Shown here: positions 45,557 to 54,775 of the stretch, in pieces
Layout of the letters: each line of letters begins with the position of its first letter
How positions within the stretch are numbered: the first letter of the stretch is position 1
From: Thermoplasmata archaeon
GTDB lineage: Archaea > Thermoplasmatota > Thermoplasmata > Methanomassiliicoccales > Methanomethylophilaceae
Reading direction: 5' to 3'
Length of the DNA: 64,000 bases
Assembly (NCBI GenBank): GCA_015063185.1
Contig: SUSY01000006.1
Span: 2,703 to 66,702 of the forward strand
The notes under the pieces: model-generated
The model's input: the letters and a program-made list of their open reading frames with translations, nothing else
The model's database searches: none
What the model was told of the DNA's origin: nothing
Translations under genes and position numbers: made by a program

Positions 45557-46276
45557 ATGGAAATGTCGATGATAGTTGCGGCACTCATCGTGTTCGTGCC
45601 TGCACTGCTGATGTTCTACTTCGTTCTGAGGGGATACACGTATCCTGCCGTGGAGCAACCGTTTTTCGAAGATGCGAAAGCATTCACATTGTTTGCAATC
45701 GGTCTTATCGAAGGTTTCTTCATATCGTGGTTCTACGTCAGATTCTTCGACATGACTAATATCATCGTCGGTGTGGCATTTGGCATTGTACAGGTGCTTG
45801 CCATTCTTGTCGTATTGAACCTTAAGAGGTTTCATTCCAAGTCAGACACTGTGTTCTATGGATTTTCTCTCGGACTTGGACAGGGCGTTGGAATCGCGTT
45901 CGGTGTATCGGTGTTCCTGCTCTCGATTGCATTCATCGATGAGATTGACATTATGACCGTAGCGATGACGGTGGCGTTCGTTGCACAGGAGCTGATGCTC
46001 ATGTGTTCCGTTGGTGTGACTGTAGGCGAAGGCGTTGCACGTCAGAGGTTGATGGAGTACTCCACAAAGGCCATGTTACTTTCTATGGTGTGTATGGCAC
46101 TGTGGTCACTGGTGTTCGCATTCGATCCCAATTCTTATCTGTGGGTGATTCCAATGATCGGAATGGTTATTGCATCAGCATTCTTTTTCTATGATGTAAT
46201 CCATAAGAGACTGTCCGTGGTCGTTGCGGACATCCTGAGGTCCAACGGGATCGTCCGCAAGGATCTGCCTAGGTGA
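45557..46276 (+). CDS. hypothetical polytopic membrane protein
   Basis: 239 aa with about 7 hydrophobic helices. I recognise no family. Confidence 0.5.
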   Translation: MEMSMIVAALIVFVPALLMFYFVLRGYTYPAVEQPFFEDAKAFTLFAIGLIEGFFISWFYVRFFDMTNIIVGVAFGIVQVLAILVVLNLKRFHSKSDTVFYGFSLGLGQGVGIAFGVSVFLLSIAFIDEIDIMTVAMTVAFVAQELMLMCSVGVTVGEGVARQRLMEYSTKAMLLSMVCMALWSLVFAFDPNSYLWVIPMIGMVIASAFFFYDVIHKRLSVVVADILRSNGIVRKDLPR

Positions 46277-46280
46277 TATA

Positions 46281-46409
46281 ATGGGAAGTAAGGGAAAGTT
46301 TGTTATGGGCCTTCTGGTCCTTGCAGTAGGTGCATTCATACTCTGTCTAGCATCATCCACAGCAGTTCACGAGTTCATCGTCGAAACAATCACTGGCGCG
46401 TCTTCCTAA
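46281..46409 (+). CDS. small single-TM protein candidate (42 aa; below the ORF-track cutoff)
   Basis: ATG at 46281 lies 5 nt after AGGTGA (which also contains the upstream TGA stop). Product: MGSKGKFVMGLLVLAVGAFILCLASSTAVHEFIVETITGASS. TAA stop at 46407-46409. Confidence 0.4.
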   Translation: MGSKGKFVMGLLVLAVGAFILCLASSTAVHEFIVETITGASS

Positions 46410-46410
46410 G

Positions 46411-46827
46411 TCAGATTGTATATTGTCTATATCTGATTTCGTGGATTATACATCTATTAAGCATGGCCTCAGTGAATATGCTACCTTTCCCAGGAACAAT
46501 CATCTCCACATCATCCTCGGTGAAGGTTCCTTTGAGCTCACAAAGCCCTTCTGCGATCATCTGGAGCTTCTGATCGATGTTCTTACAATGGGATACTCTG
46601 TATGCCAACGATTTTATCGGATCGTCAGGAATCCCTTCCTTTCGGAATGGGACTCTTTCATTTCCTTGGAACACTTCCTTCACTATGGAATGGTCCATAT
46701 GGGCGAATTTAACGGATAACTGATCTGTCTTGGACGATTTTCCACAATATGGGCACTTCGTGGTTTTTGTAGATAGGTCTATGATTCTTGGACGTTTACA
46801 TCCTGGGCAACCGACGATGCCAAACAT
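46411..46827 (-). CDS. zinc-ribbon protein (DUF1922-like)
   Basis: 138 aa with N-terminal CPGCKRPRIIDLSTKTTKCPYCG. Confidence 0.45.
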   Translation of the reverse strand: MFGIVGCPGCKRPRIIDLSTKTTKCPYCGKSSKTDQLSVKFAHMDHSIVKEVFQGNERVPFRKEGIPDDPIKSLAYRVSHCKNIDQKLQMIAEGLCELKGTFTEDDVEMIVPGKGSIFTEAMLNRCIIHEIRYRQYTI

Positions 46828-46828
46828 C

Positions 46829-47311
46829 TCAGTCCCTATAACCGCAGAACACGAGGGATACGATGGTGCATCCGTATTCTCCCTCTGGGACTTTCAGTTC
46901 CTCGGAAAGGATCACAGGTTCCTCGAATTCGATTCCTCTCATCCTTTCCATCTCTTTGATTTTACGTCTTAGTTCTTCATCAAGGGCTTCTTTGTCACCG
47001 AACATGTGTCCTTCTGCAACATATCCGCCGTACCCATCTTTCCTAAATGCATAGGCGATACCGGATGCGATCCTGTCTCCATCTCTTCCTCTCATCTGTG
47101 CTAGAACACAGTGGGTGACCATACCCATAGGAAGTTCCCTGTATGGGACCATCTTTGCCTGTGGTGGGATGACGGAGGAGACCGCGACCATATTCTGTTC
47201 GGCTACTCCTGCCCTATGGAGAGCAAGGTCGAACGCATTGAGGTCGGATATTGGGCTGACGGCTGAGCCGGATGTGACGAAGAATTCGTCTGGAATCAAT
47301 TGGAATGACAT
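46829..47311 (-). CDS. pdaD: pyruvoyl-dependent arginine decarboxylase
   Basis: 160 aa from MSFQLIPDEFFVTSGSA...LNAFDLALHRAGVAEQNMVAVSSVIPP, co-linear with PdaD. The ORF opens at 47374. Confidence 0.85.
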   Translation of the reverse strand: MSFQLIPDEFFVTSGSAVSPISDLNAFDLALHRAGVAEQNMVAVSSVIPPQAKMVPYRELPMGMVTHCVLAQMRGRDGDRIASGIAYAFRKDGYGGYVAEGHMFGDKEALDEELRRKIKEMERMRGIEFEEPVILSEELKVPEGEYGCTIVSLVFCGYRD

Positions 47312-47315
47312 GTGA

Positions 47316-48059
47316 TCAACCGTAGAGTATTGTGTTGTTGTCGGACATAGGTCTCTGATTAAGACGCTTGTCAAGGTCGGAAGCCTCCTGGTACAGGGGT
47401 TCCATATCGAGTTTGATCTCGGGAATCATCCTCTGGATCGGCTCTAGGAGGTGTGCGGCCCCGATCGGATCGGGGATATCGGATCTTGCAGAGCCGAGGA
47501 TCGTGATTATATCGATCCCTCTTAGCGAACCCTCATAGAGGAGTATACCAGAGATTCCACGGATCATACCGTCGTTGAAACCTTCGATCTGGTACTTCTC
47601 CATGATAGACCTTGCGTTCTCCGTAGAGCCTGCACCCATGATCTCATAGGTCTCGGGTACGAACATGGGGATTCCGTCGAGGGTGATGACTGTCTTGATG
47701 CCGTTCTCCTCGAACCAATCGAGAAGTGCCGTAGCGATAGGATACATATGTTCCACCTTGGGAACGAATTCGGATGTGATGATAGCGATATCCTCACAGT
47801 CTATGCCACCATCATCTTCTACCTGTTGTTCTCTGAATCCGCTGAAGATCCTCATCTGTGGCATTGGGACACCATTCTGCATGACGGTGTATGGCGGGAA
47901 GTCGGGGGACTCGATCCCTGCCACCAGTTCCAATTTGAGTTCTCTCGACATGAAGTTCGACGCGATCGAACTGACGAGGCCGATGCTGGGGTATCCTACG
48001 ATGGCCACAGCGTTCTTGAACTCGTGCTCCTTCAGTTTACGGATCCTCACGTCTATCAT
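47316..48059 (-). CDS. PAC2-family (proteasome assembly chaperone-like) protein
   Basis: 247 aa with AIVGYPSIGLVSSIASNFM...PDFPPYTV, typical of archaeal PAC2/COG1938. Confidence 0.65.
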   Translation of the reverse strand: MIDVRIRKLKEHEFKNAVAIVGYPSIGLVSSIASNFMSRELKLELVAGIESPDFPPYTVMQNGVPMPQMRIFSGFREQQVEDDGGIDCEDIAIITSEFVPKVEHMYPIATALLDWFEENGIKTVITLDGIPMFVPETYEIMGAGSTENARSIMEKYQIEGFNDGMIRGISGILLYEGSLRGIDIITILGSARSDIPDPIGAAHLLEPIQRMIPEIKLDMEPLYQEASDLDKRLNQRPMSDNNTILYG

Positions 48060-48111
48060 GAATGACCCAATATACTGAACTCTTTTAAGTGTTCTCTAAC
48101 ATTGACCTTCC

Positions 48112-49386
48112 ATGGTAAAAGGAACGATAACGATGGAGAGGACCTCACGTGGGATCCCGGTGGTTACCGAACATCTTGAAGGATGCCAGTCCGCAGGATT
48201 CATGATCGCTGTGAACACCGGTTCACGTGATGAGACTGAAGATATATGGGGGCTTTCCCATCTTTTGGAACATTCCGTGTTCAGGGCAACCAAGAACCGT
48301 TCATCCTTCCAGATGTCCAAGGAGATGGAGGGCGCCGGAGGGGAACTCAATGCATTCACGGCCAAGGAACTGACTGCATATCATGCGGTCACATTGAGTC
48401 AGACCTCGGAGACTGCCAAGTCCATAGTTGCCGATATTGTCTGCAACCCTCTTCTCAAGGCAGAGGACATCGAGATGGAGAAGAAGATCGTCATACAGGA
48501 GATCGGTATGTGTGAGAACGATCCGTCTTCTTATATCCATGATCTTTTTGCAGAGACAATATGGAAAGGTAATGAACTGGGTCATAATGAGGCAGGCACT
48601 GTGGACATCGTCAAGTCGATGGGAGAGGCTGAACTGCGCAAGTACTATGACGCCAGATATACTGTATCCAATTTCGCTGTGTTCGCATGTGGTGATGTGG
48701 ATCCTGCGGATGCAATGTCGTGGGCGGAGGACAATCTCGATACCATGCCTCTTGGTGAGGCTAGGAAGAGAGTAACGCCTGTTGTGAAGGAGGGTGTGTA
48801 TAACCACATAGTCAGGAAAGAGGACCATTGTTATGTGGGAATGGGATTCCCCGCATATCCAGCGGACCACCCGGATAGGTCTGCATTGTCCATGCTCAGT
48901 GCCGTGATAGGTTCCGGATCATCATCCAGGATGTTCCAGCAGGTCAGGGAGGAGAAGGCATTGGTCTACTCAGTCTACAACTATACGGATCAGAACTCCG
49001 ATGCTGCATCCGTAGCCACATTCTTCTCATCTACAGAGGATAACGTTCTGGAAGCCATAGAGACTGTGGGAAAGGTGTATAAGGAGGTCCTGAACGAAGG
49101 CGTCAAGCAGGAGGAGTTGGACAAGGCGAGGAATCTTGTCAAGGGCGCTACCATCAGGCGTATGGAGTCTACAGATGATAGGCTCTATAGGCTAGCACGT
49201 AACACTATGCTCACTTGGAAACCGATGACATTGGAAGAGCGCCTTGCAGAGATGGATGCCGTCACTTGCGAGGATCTTGCACGTGTAGCGGAAGATGTGA
49301 TAAAAGGCGATCTTCTGACAGTTACGATGTATGGAAAGAAGGTCAAGGGTATGAAGAAGTTTAAACCGTCTCAGATCGAGATCTGA
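48112..49386 (+). CDS. M16-family (pitrilysin/insulinase-like) zinc peptidase
   Basis: 424 aa with the inverted zincin motif HLLEHSVF (HxxEH). An alternative start is at 48133. Confidence 0.75.
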   Translation: MVKGTITMERTSRGIPVVTEHLEGCQSAGFMIAVNTGSRDETEDIWGLSHLLEHSVFRATKNRSSFQMSKEMEGAGGELNAFTAKELTAYHAVTLSQTSETAKSIVADIVCNPLLKAEDIEMEKKIVIQEIGMCENDPSSYIHDLFAETIWKGNELGHNEAGTVDIVKSMGEAELRKYYDARYTVSNFAVFACGDVDPADAMSWAEDNLDTMPLGEARKRVTPVVKEGVYNHIVRKEDHCYVGMGFPAYPADHPDRSALSMLSAVIGSGSSSRMFQQVREEKALVYSVYNYTDQNSDAASVATFFSSTEDNVLEAIETVGKVYKEVLNEGVKQEELDKARNLVKGATIRRMESTDDRLYRLARNTMLTWKPMTLEERLAEMDAVTCEDLARVAEDVIKGDLLTVTMYGKKVKGMKKFKPSQIEI

Positions 49387-49855
49387 GCTCTTCGATGAGG
49401 TGGATGACCGCCTTGACTGCCCTGGGTTTGGCATCCTGAACTTTTGGTGTCATCCCTTCATGGACGGTTTGAAGGTCCTCCACCTCTATCGCTACGAAAC
49501 GTACCGATTCCGGCATCATGTCCGGTTCCACTTGTCTTCCAATTTTCATCCCGGTAGCGAGGTTGATGTCATGTGCTGATGCATCCCCTATGGTGTCATC
49601 AAAATCCTCCGGGTCAAAGAACATGACGGTACCTGGCTCATATTGTTTTGTTTGAATCGCATCAACGATGATGACATTCCTGTAGCCCCAGAGTTGAGGG
49701 ATGATGTCCAACCCGCCGATGGCCTCCTGTCTGGTCTCCACATCAGGGAGGCACATCCTTTCAATCTCCTCTGCGACCTCGAGTCCGATGGCGTCATCGG
49801 ACATGATAGGGCTCCCTAGCCCAATCACTAGAATTGTATCAGATAGCTGGCTCAT
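49361..49855 (-). CDS. hydrogenase maturation endopeptidase (HycI/FrhD-like)
   Basis: 164 aa with ILVIGLGSPIMSDDAIGLEVAEEI and a downstream HD. Confidence 0.7.
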   Translation of the reverse strand: MSQLSDTILVIGLGSPIMSDDAIGLEVAEEIERMCLPDVETRQEAIGGLDIIPQLWGYRNVIIVDAIQTKQYEPGTVMFFDPEDFDDTIGDASAHDINLATGMKIGRQVEPDMMPESVRFVAIEVEDLQTVHEGMTPKVQDAKPRAVKAVIHLIEELRSRSETV

Positions 49856-51317
49856 TGGTATTCGCCCTTTTTTTCATGATTTTGATGTATACACTGAACG
49901 CACCCAGGAATATGATGGGTGCCAGTGCTATAAGTGCGATGACTCCGAACCCGTTGATTACGGCTTCTGCTCCGGCATATTTTGCGGATGCGATTCCGGT
50001 GTACATGGTACTGATGATTGCAACGGACATCGGTCCTGTGGCAACTCCTCCTGCGTCGAACGATATTCCCACCATGTCTGTATCGCCGAGCCACATCAGT
50101 ATGATTGCGATGATGTATCCAGGTATTACGATGTAGAGTAGATTGAAGTTGAAACTGATCTTGGCCATACCCAGTGCTACGAATGTAGCAACTCCAATCG
50201 ATATGACCATCTTGACCACCGTCTTCTCGATGTTGCCACCAGAAGATTGTTCTACACGCCCTGCAAGGATCTCTACAGCAGGTTCTGCGATGGCTACCAG
50301 GAATCCGAGTACGAATCCGAGTACTATCATCGGTAGTGTAAGATCGGCAAGTGCCAGTCCGACATCGGTTGCCATAGGGATGTATCCTGTATAGATTGCA
50401 GTGAGGAAGATGACGACTCCGATACTTGCAAGCGTGACGCCTTTGATGACCTTGTTGATGGCCTTCCATGTGTAATAGAGTACGAACTTCTGGAACAGTA
50501 TGAAGAATGCCATGAGCGGAACAATCGCTATTGCAACGCTGGTGAAGGAGTGTTTGAATTCATAGATGAATCTGTCAAGTACATTTTCGATGTATGGTTC
50601 AAATTCCTCTGTGGCACCACCTACAGAACTGTCCCCAGAGAATATTCCCATCAGGAGCAGAGCAATCACCGGTCCGATGGATGCCAGTCCGATCATTCCA
50701 TATCCGTCGAGTTCATTCCTGTATTCGTGAACGGAGCAGAGACCTATTCCTAGGGATAGGAGGATTGGAACGGTCATAGGCCCAGTGGTGACTCCTCCGG
50801 AGTCGAGAGCGATACCCAGGAATTCAGGTGGTGCTACAATCATGAGAATCAATGTTAGGACATACCCGATGGTCAATAGGGCCCTAAGACTTAGGCGGAA
50901 CACGATTTTAAATGCGGATATGATCAGGAATAGTGCGACTCCTGCGGCGATGGCATAGACCATCGCATCTTTGTTCAGTGTCGTGAATAACGATGTGACC
51001 TGTGTGGCGAAAACACCTACGTCTGGCTCTGCAACGGTCACTAGGAATGAGATGATGAATACGAGTCCGACCATGAACATCCTGGACTTACGTTTCGATA
51101 TCTCGTGCCCCATCGATTCGCCAGCGGGATTGATCCCCTTCTCCACACCGATTAGGAAGATGGTGAAACCGAATAGGACCATGAGTGTGCAGACAATGAA
51201 CACCCATATGTCCTCAGAGGTCGCACCTACCAATATTATTTGGAGTGCCAGCATAAGCCCTGCAATTGGTAACGTCGAAATTACGACCTCTTTAAAAGTT
51301 CCTCTAAAATCCCCCAT
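49839..51317 (-). CDS. polytopic membrane protein with internal duplication (DUF1538-like, unverified)
   Basis: 492 aa. A repeated motif appears as DSGGVTTGPMTVPILLSLG and DAGGVATGPMSVAIISTMY. It overlaps the protease gene start by 17 nt. Confidence 0.5.
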   Translation of the reverse strand: MGDFRGTFKEVVISTLPIAGLMLALQIILVGATSEDIWVFIVCTLMVLFGFTIFLIGVEKGINPAGESMGHEISKRKSRMFMVGLVFIISFLVTVAEPDVGVFATQVTSLFTTLNKDAMVYAIAAGVALFLIISAFKIVFRLSLRALLTIGYVLTLILMIVAPPEFLGIALDSGGVTTGPMTVPILLSLGIGLCSVHEYRNELDGYGMIGLASIGPVIALLLMGIFSGDSSVGGATEEFEPYIENVLDRFIYEFKHSFTSVAIAIVPLMAFFILFQKFVLYYTWKAINKVIKGVTLASIGVVIFLTAIYTGYIPMATDVGLALADLTLPMIVLGFVLGFLVAIAEPAVEILAGRVEQSSGGNIEKTVVKMVISIGVATFVALGMAKISFNFNLLYIVIPGYIIAIILMWLGDTDMVGISFDAGGVATGPMSVAIISTMYTGIASAKYAGAEAVINGFGVIALIALAPIIFLGAFSVYIKIMKKRANTNEPAI

Positions 51318-51355
51318 CGGTTTGTGATATACTCTCGCCTTATTAATAGTCGCGC

Positions 51356-52213
51356 GTGCGCAAAGTATGGGATGTGGAAAGTTACTTTATACCGTTGACC
51401 GTTAACTTCCATGTGGACATCAAAGTAGTAACGTCCCAGATTGTCAATGGACATCCGATAACGGCTAGGCAGCTGGAGGTTCTCCAGGCCATACGTTCCG
51501 AAGGTAGCAAGAATGCCGCGGCAAAGAAGCTGGGTATATCCACACCGGTCGTTCACAATTATATCTCCTCTGTCGAGAAGGGTACGGGCATACAGTTGTT
51601 GAGGTCGACACCCAACGGTACGGAACTCACCGAGGATGCATACCATATCCTGGAGGTTGCTGAGATGACAGGGATGAGGTGTGAACTGGGACGTAAGTTC
51701 ACCGTTGCCTGTACTCCAGTGACCGAGGAGCTCCTGCTTTCGTTGATGTCCCCTACCAAAATCAAAGGCGAGTTGATCATCTCTGACGATCACACCAACA
51801 TGCGTCTCCTCAGAGAGGGGTTGGTAGATGTGATAATCCTCGATGATCCAGTGTTCCTTTTTGACCTAGAGGGATACCATTGGTCGGAGGTCGGGTCGAT
51901 GGACATGGTGCATGTGGACAACGGTCCGTCATATGTCAAGTACAGGTATGGTGCGCAGAGGATCGCGTATTCCTACCTGGATGCAATAGGCAAAGATTAC
52001 ACGATCGATTCTGAGGTGTCATTGGTTCAGGATCTGTTGAATTCCGGTAAAAGTTTCTTCATCGATGAGTTCCTCTTGTTGCGTAGAGGCATCAAGGTCA
52101 AGTCCGCCACTGACAAGGGCACATTGAAACATTCGATCAATGCTGTGTACCGTAAAGATACACGTTGTGTCCAACGTCTTCTCAGAGCGATAAAACAGAA
52201 ACGTGTCGTGTAA
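51356..52213 (+). CDS. HTH transcriptional regulator (LysR/ModE-type N-terminal HTH)
   Basis: ITARQLEVLQAIRSEGSKNAAAKKLGISTPVVHNYISSVEKGTGIQLLRSTPNGTELTEDAY. The true start is uncertain, because several in-frame GTG codons lie at 51356-51415. Confidence 0.55.
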   Translation: MRKVWDVESYFIPLTVNFHVDIKVVTSQIVNGHPITARQLEVLQAIRSEGSKNAAAKKLGISTPVVHNYISSVEKGTGIQLLRSTPNGTELTEDAYHILEVAEMTGMRCELGRKFTVACTPVTEELLLSLMSPTKIKGELIISDDHTNMRLLREGLVDVIILDDPVFLFDLEGYHWSEVGSMDMVHVDNGPSYVKYRYGAQRIAYSYLDAIGKDYTIDSEVSLVQDLLNSGKSFFIDEFLLLRRGIKVKSATDKGTLKHSINAVYRKDTRCVQRLLRAIKQKRVV

Positions 52214-52299
52214 TGGTATTATTGTTTTAGATAATACTATGGGCCATCCTACATTTAGTATTATATACGTTGAAGTTGTCGAACGTTTCGGTAGTAATC

Positions 52300-52794
52300 A
52301 TGGCAACGCCTAACTCTGAATTCTACGACGAGATCGCCGCCAACGGCGGTGCAAACGTCAAGCTCTGCTTCCAGTGCGGAACTTGTACTGCAGGATGCCC
52401 CTCCGGACAGGAGACGGCATACAGGACCAGAAAGGTCATGAGGATGGCCCAGCTCGGACTCAAGGACGAGCTCCTCAACGGCGACGACATTTGGCAGTGC
52501 ACCACTTGCTACACTTGTGAGGAGAGGTGCCCCCGTGGCGTCCCAATCGTTGACGTCGTCCTGGCAATCAGGAACATCGCTGTCCAGGAGGGCAAGATGT
52601 TCGACGCACACAAGAAGACCGCATCCAACCTCATCAAGTACGGCCACACCGTCGACCTCAACGACAAGGTCAAGGCCATGAGGGCAGAGCTCGGTCTCCC
52701 TGAGGTTCCCCCCACCCTCCTCGCGAACGACAAGGCAAAGGCTGACTTCGACAAGATCCTTGCAAAGGTCGGCTTCGGAAAATTGGTGGAGTGA
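52300..52794 (+). CDS. hdrC: heterodisulfide reductase subunit C
   Basis: 164 aa from MATPNSEFY with CFQCGTCTAGCP and CTTCYTCEERCP. Strong codon bias. Confidence 0.9.
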   Translation: MATPNSEFYDEIAANGGANVKLCFQCGTCTAGCPSGQETAYRTRKVMRMAQLGLKDELLNGDDIWQCTTCYTCEERCPRGVPIVDVVLAIRNIAVQEGKMFDAHKKTASNLIKYGHTVDLNDKVKAMRAELGLPEVPPTLLANDKAKADFDKILAKVGFGKLVE

Positions 52795-52799
52795 TTTTC

Positions 52800-53645
52800 A
52801 TGGCTAAGTACGCATTTTTCCTCGGTTGCATTGCGCCCCTCAGGTACCCTGGTATCGAGAAGTCGACCCGTAAGGTCGCAGAGGCACTCGGAATTGAACT
52901 CGTAGACCTTGCAGACGCATCCTGCTGTCCCGCACCTGGAGTCATCAGGTCCTTCGACAAGAAGACTTGGATTGCAGCAGCAGCAAGGAACCTCGCACTC
53001 GCAGAGAAGGAGGGACTCGAGATCGTCACCATCTGTAACGGATGCTACGGATCCCTCTTCGATGCAGCACACGAGTTGCACGCAGACCCTGAACTCCTTA
53101 AGGATGTTAACGAGATCCTCGCTGAGATCGGAATGGAGTACAAGGGAACCACCAAGGTCAGGCACTTCGCAGAGGTCCTCTACAACGACATCGGTGTCGC
53201 AGCAATCAAAGAGAAGATCACCCAGCCTGTCGACTATTCCGTCGCAGCATTCTACGGATGCCACTTCCTCAAGCCTTCCAAGATCAAGGCAATCGATGAT
53301 CCCGAGGACCCCAAGATCCTCGATGAGCTCATCGAGGCATGCGGTGCAAAGTCCATGCCCAGGCAGAAGAAGACCCTCTGCTGTGGATCCGGAGGAGGAG
53401 TCAAGGCAGGATTCCCCAACGTCGCAAAGGCATTCACCCAGACCAACCTGGAGAACATCAAGGCATCTGGCGCACAGTACATCATCGATGTCTGTCCCTT
53501 CTGTCACCTCCAGTTCGACACCGCACAGGCAGAGCTTGGATTCAACATCCCTGTTCTCCACCTCTCCCAGTTGTACGGTATCGCAATGGGAATGGACGCA
53601 AAGGAGCTTGGACTCGCTGCACACAAGGTCCCTGTGACCCTCTGA
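52800..53645 (+). CDS. hdrB: heterodisulfide reductase subunit B
   Basis: 281 aa from MAKYAFFLGCIAPLRYPG...SCCPAPG, with a second CCG-type domain ...TLCCGSGGG. Confidence 0.9.
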   Translation: MAKYAFFLGCIAPLRYPGIEKSTRKVAEALGIELVDLADASCCPAPGVIRSFDKKTWIAAAARNLALAEKEGLEIVTICNGCYGSLFDAAHELHADPELLKDVNEILAEIGMEYKGTTKVRHFAEVLYNDIGVAAIKEKITQPVDYSVAAFYGCHFLKPSKIKAIDDPEDPKILDELIEACGAKSMPRQKKTLCCGSGGGVKAGFPNVAKAFTQTNLENIKASGAQYIIDVCPFCHLQFDTAQAELGFNIPVLHLSQLYGIAMGMDAKELGLAAHKVPVTL

Positions 53646-53655
53646 TTGTGAAAAC

Positions 53656-53674
53656 GAGGGGATTCAATCCCCTC
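53656..53674 (+). terminator. stop-proximal GC hairpin (GAGGGGA-ttcaa-TCCCCTC) after hdrB
   Basis: Perfect 7-bp stem starting 11 nt after the TGA. Confidence 0.4.
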
Positions 53675-53961
53675 TTAAACACCATTTCATAATTCTACGT
53701 TCCGTTCACATAGCTTACCAGTGCTGTACGATCTGGATTTTTTGATATTCGTCTTGAACCCATATCTCTGATTCTTTGAGTATGTTGTTCAAGAAGGGTT
53801 GTTGTCTGATTTTGTCATGTCAATCTCATTCCGAGTCTTTGACGAAAGATGAATATATTTTAAATATATGTGGTATATTATTTTTGTATTAAATTTGTAC
53901 AATAGTAAAAATTTGATATTGCTGGCACTTGTATAAAGTACTGTTAAGCAATTTAACAAAT

Positions 53962-53973
53962 CATTATATATTA
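53962..53973 (+). promoter_or_regulatory. TATA-box candidate for rps3ae
   Basis: cattatatatta lies about 35-45 nt upstream of the ATG at 54008. An AAGGAGA RBS is at 53994-54000. Confidence 0.4.
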
Positions 53974-54007
53974 CGAGTTAATCCCTCACTCATAAGGAGA
54001 CTTACAA

Positions 54008-54724
54008 ATGGCACCTAAGACAAGAGGCTCATCCCGTAAGGTTAAGGACAAGTGGAAGTCCAAAGAGTGGTACAAGCTCCACGCACCCCGTATGTTCAAC
54101 GAGGCAGAGATCGGAGAGACTCCCTCTGCAGACCCTGAATTCATTCTTGGAAGGACCGTTGAAGTTACCGTTCAGGAACTCACCGGCGACTACTCCAAGA
54201 TGAACATCAAGCTCAAGTTTAAGGTCACTGACGTCGACGGATACGACGCAAAGACCGTTTTCGTCGGACACGAGCTCACCAGCGAGTACGTCCGCAGGCT
54301 CACCAGGAGAAAGAAGACCAAGACCGACCACGTTGTCGATGTCACTACAAAGGACGGTTTCGTTCTTCGTGTCAAGCCCATGTCCATTGCAGACAGGCGC
54401 ATCCAGTCCTCTCAGGAGGATGCAATGAGGCGCATCCTCGCAGAGACCCTTATCCAGATGGGAAAGGACAACAACCTCTCCGACTTGATTAAGGCAATCA
54501 TCTCTGGTGATATGTCCAAGGACCTTGCAAAGGCATGTCGCGTCATCATCCCCATCAAGCGCATCGAGATCCGCAAGACTGAGGTGCTGTCCGAGGGAGA
54601 GGGCGAGCCCGAATCCATCATGGAGACGGTCGCACCCGCAGAGGAGGAGGCCGAGGAAGAGGCACCCGCAGAGGAGCCCGCCGAGGAAGCCCCCGCTGAG
54701 GACGCAGAGAAGACCGAAGAGTAA
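54008..54724 (+). CDS. rps3ae: 30S ribosomal protein S3Ae (eS1) with an acidic Ala/Glu/Pro-rich C-terminal extension
   Basis: MAPKTRGSSRKVKDKWKSKEWYKLHAPRMF... The tail is APAEEEAEEEAPAEEPAEEAPAEDAEKTEE. Confidence 0.9.
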   Translation: MAPKTRGSSRKVKDKWKSKEWYKLHAPRMFNEAEIGETPSADPEFILGRTVEVTVQELTGDYSKMNIKLKFKVTDVDGYDAKTVFVGHELTSEYVRRLTRRKKTKTDHVVDVTTKDGFVLRVKPMSIADRRIQSSQEDAMRRILAETLIQMGKDNNLSDLIKAIISGDMSKDLAKACRVIIPIKRIEIRKTEVLSEGEGEPESIMETVAPAEEEAEEEAPAEEPAEEAPAEDAEKTEE

Positions 54725-54775
54725 TTATATTACTGTCGAATAAACCCTTTACCCACAAACCAATTAACATCACCT

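Noticed and set aside
53782-53892. 36-codon ORF (MLFKKGCCLILSCQSHSESLTKDEYILNICGILFLY) in the rps3ae upstream spacer.
   Set aside because: It has no RBS, it runs into the A/T-rich promoter region, and it is probably a chance ORF.
53646-54007. A/T-rich spacer considered as a replication origin.
   Set aside because: No orc1/cdc6 gene is adjacent, and I could not find repeated ORB or mini-ORB-like elements, only one palindrome and one 8-bp inverted repeat. It is kept only as a low-interest observation.
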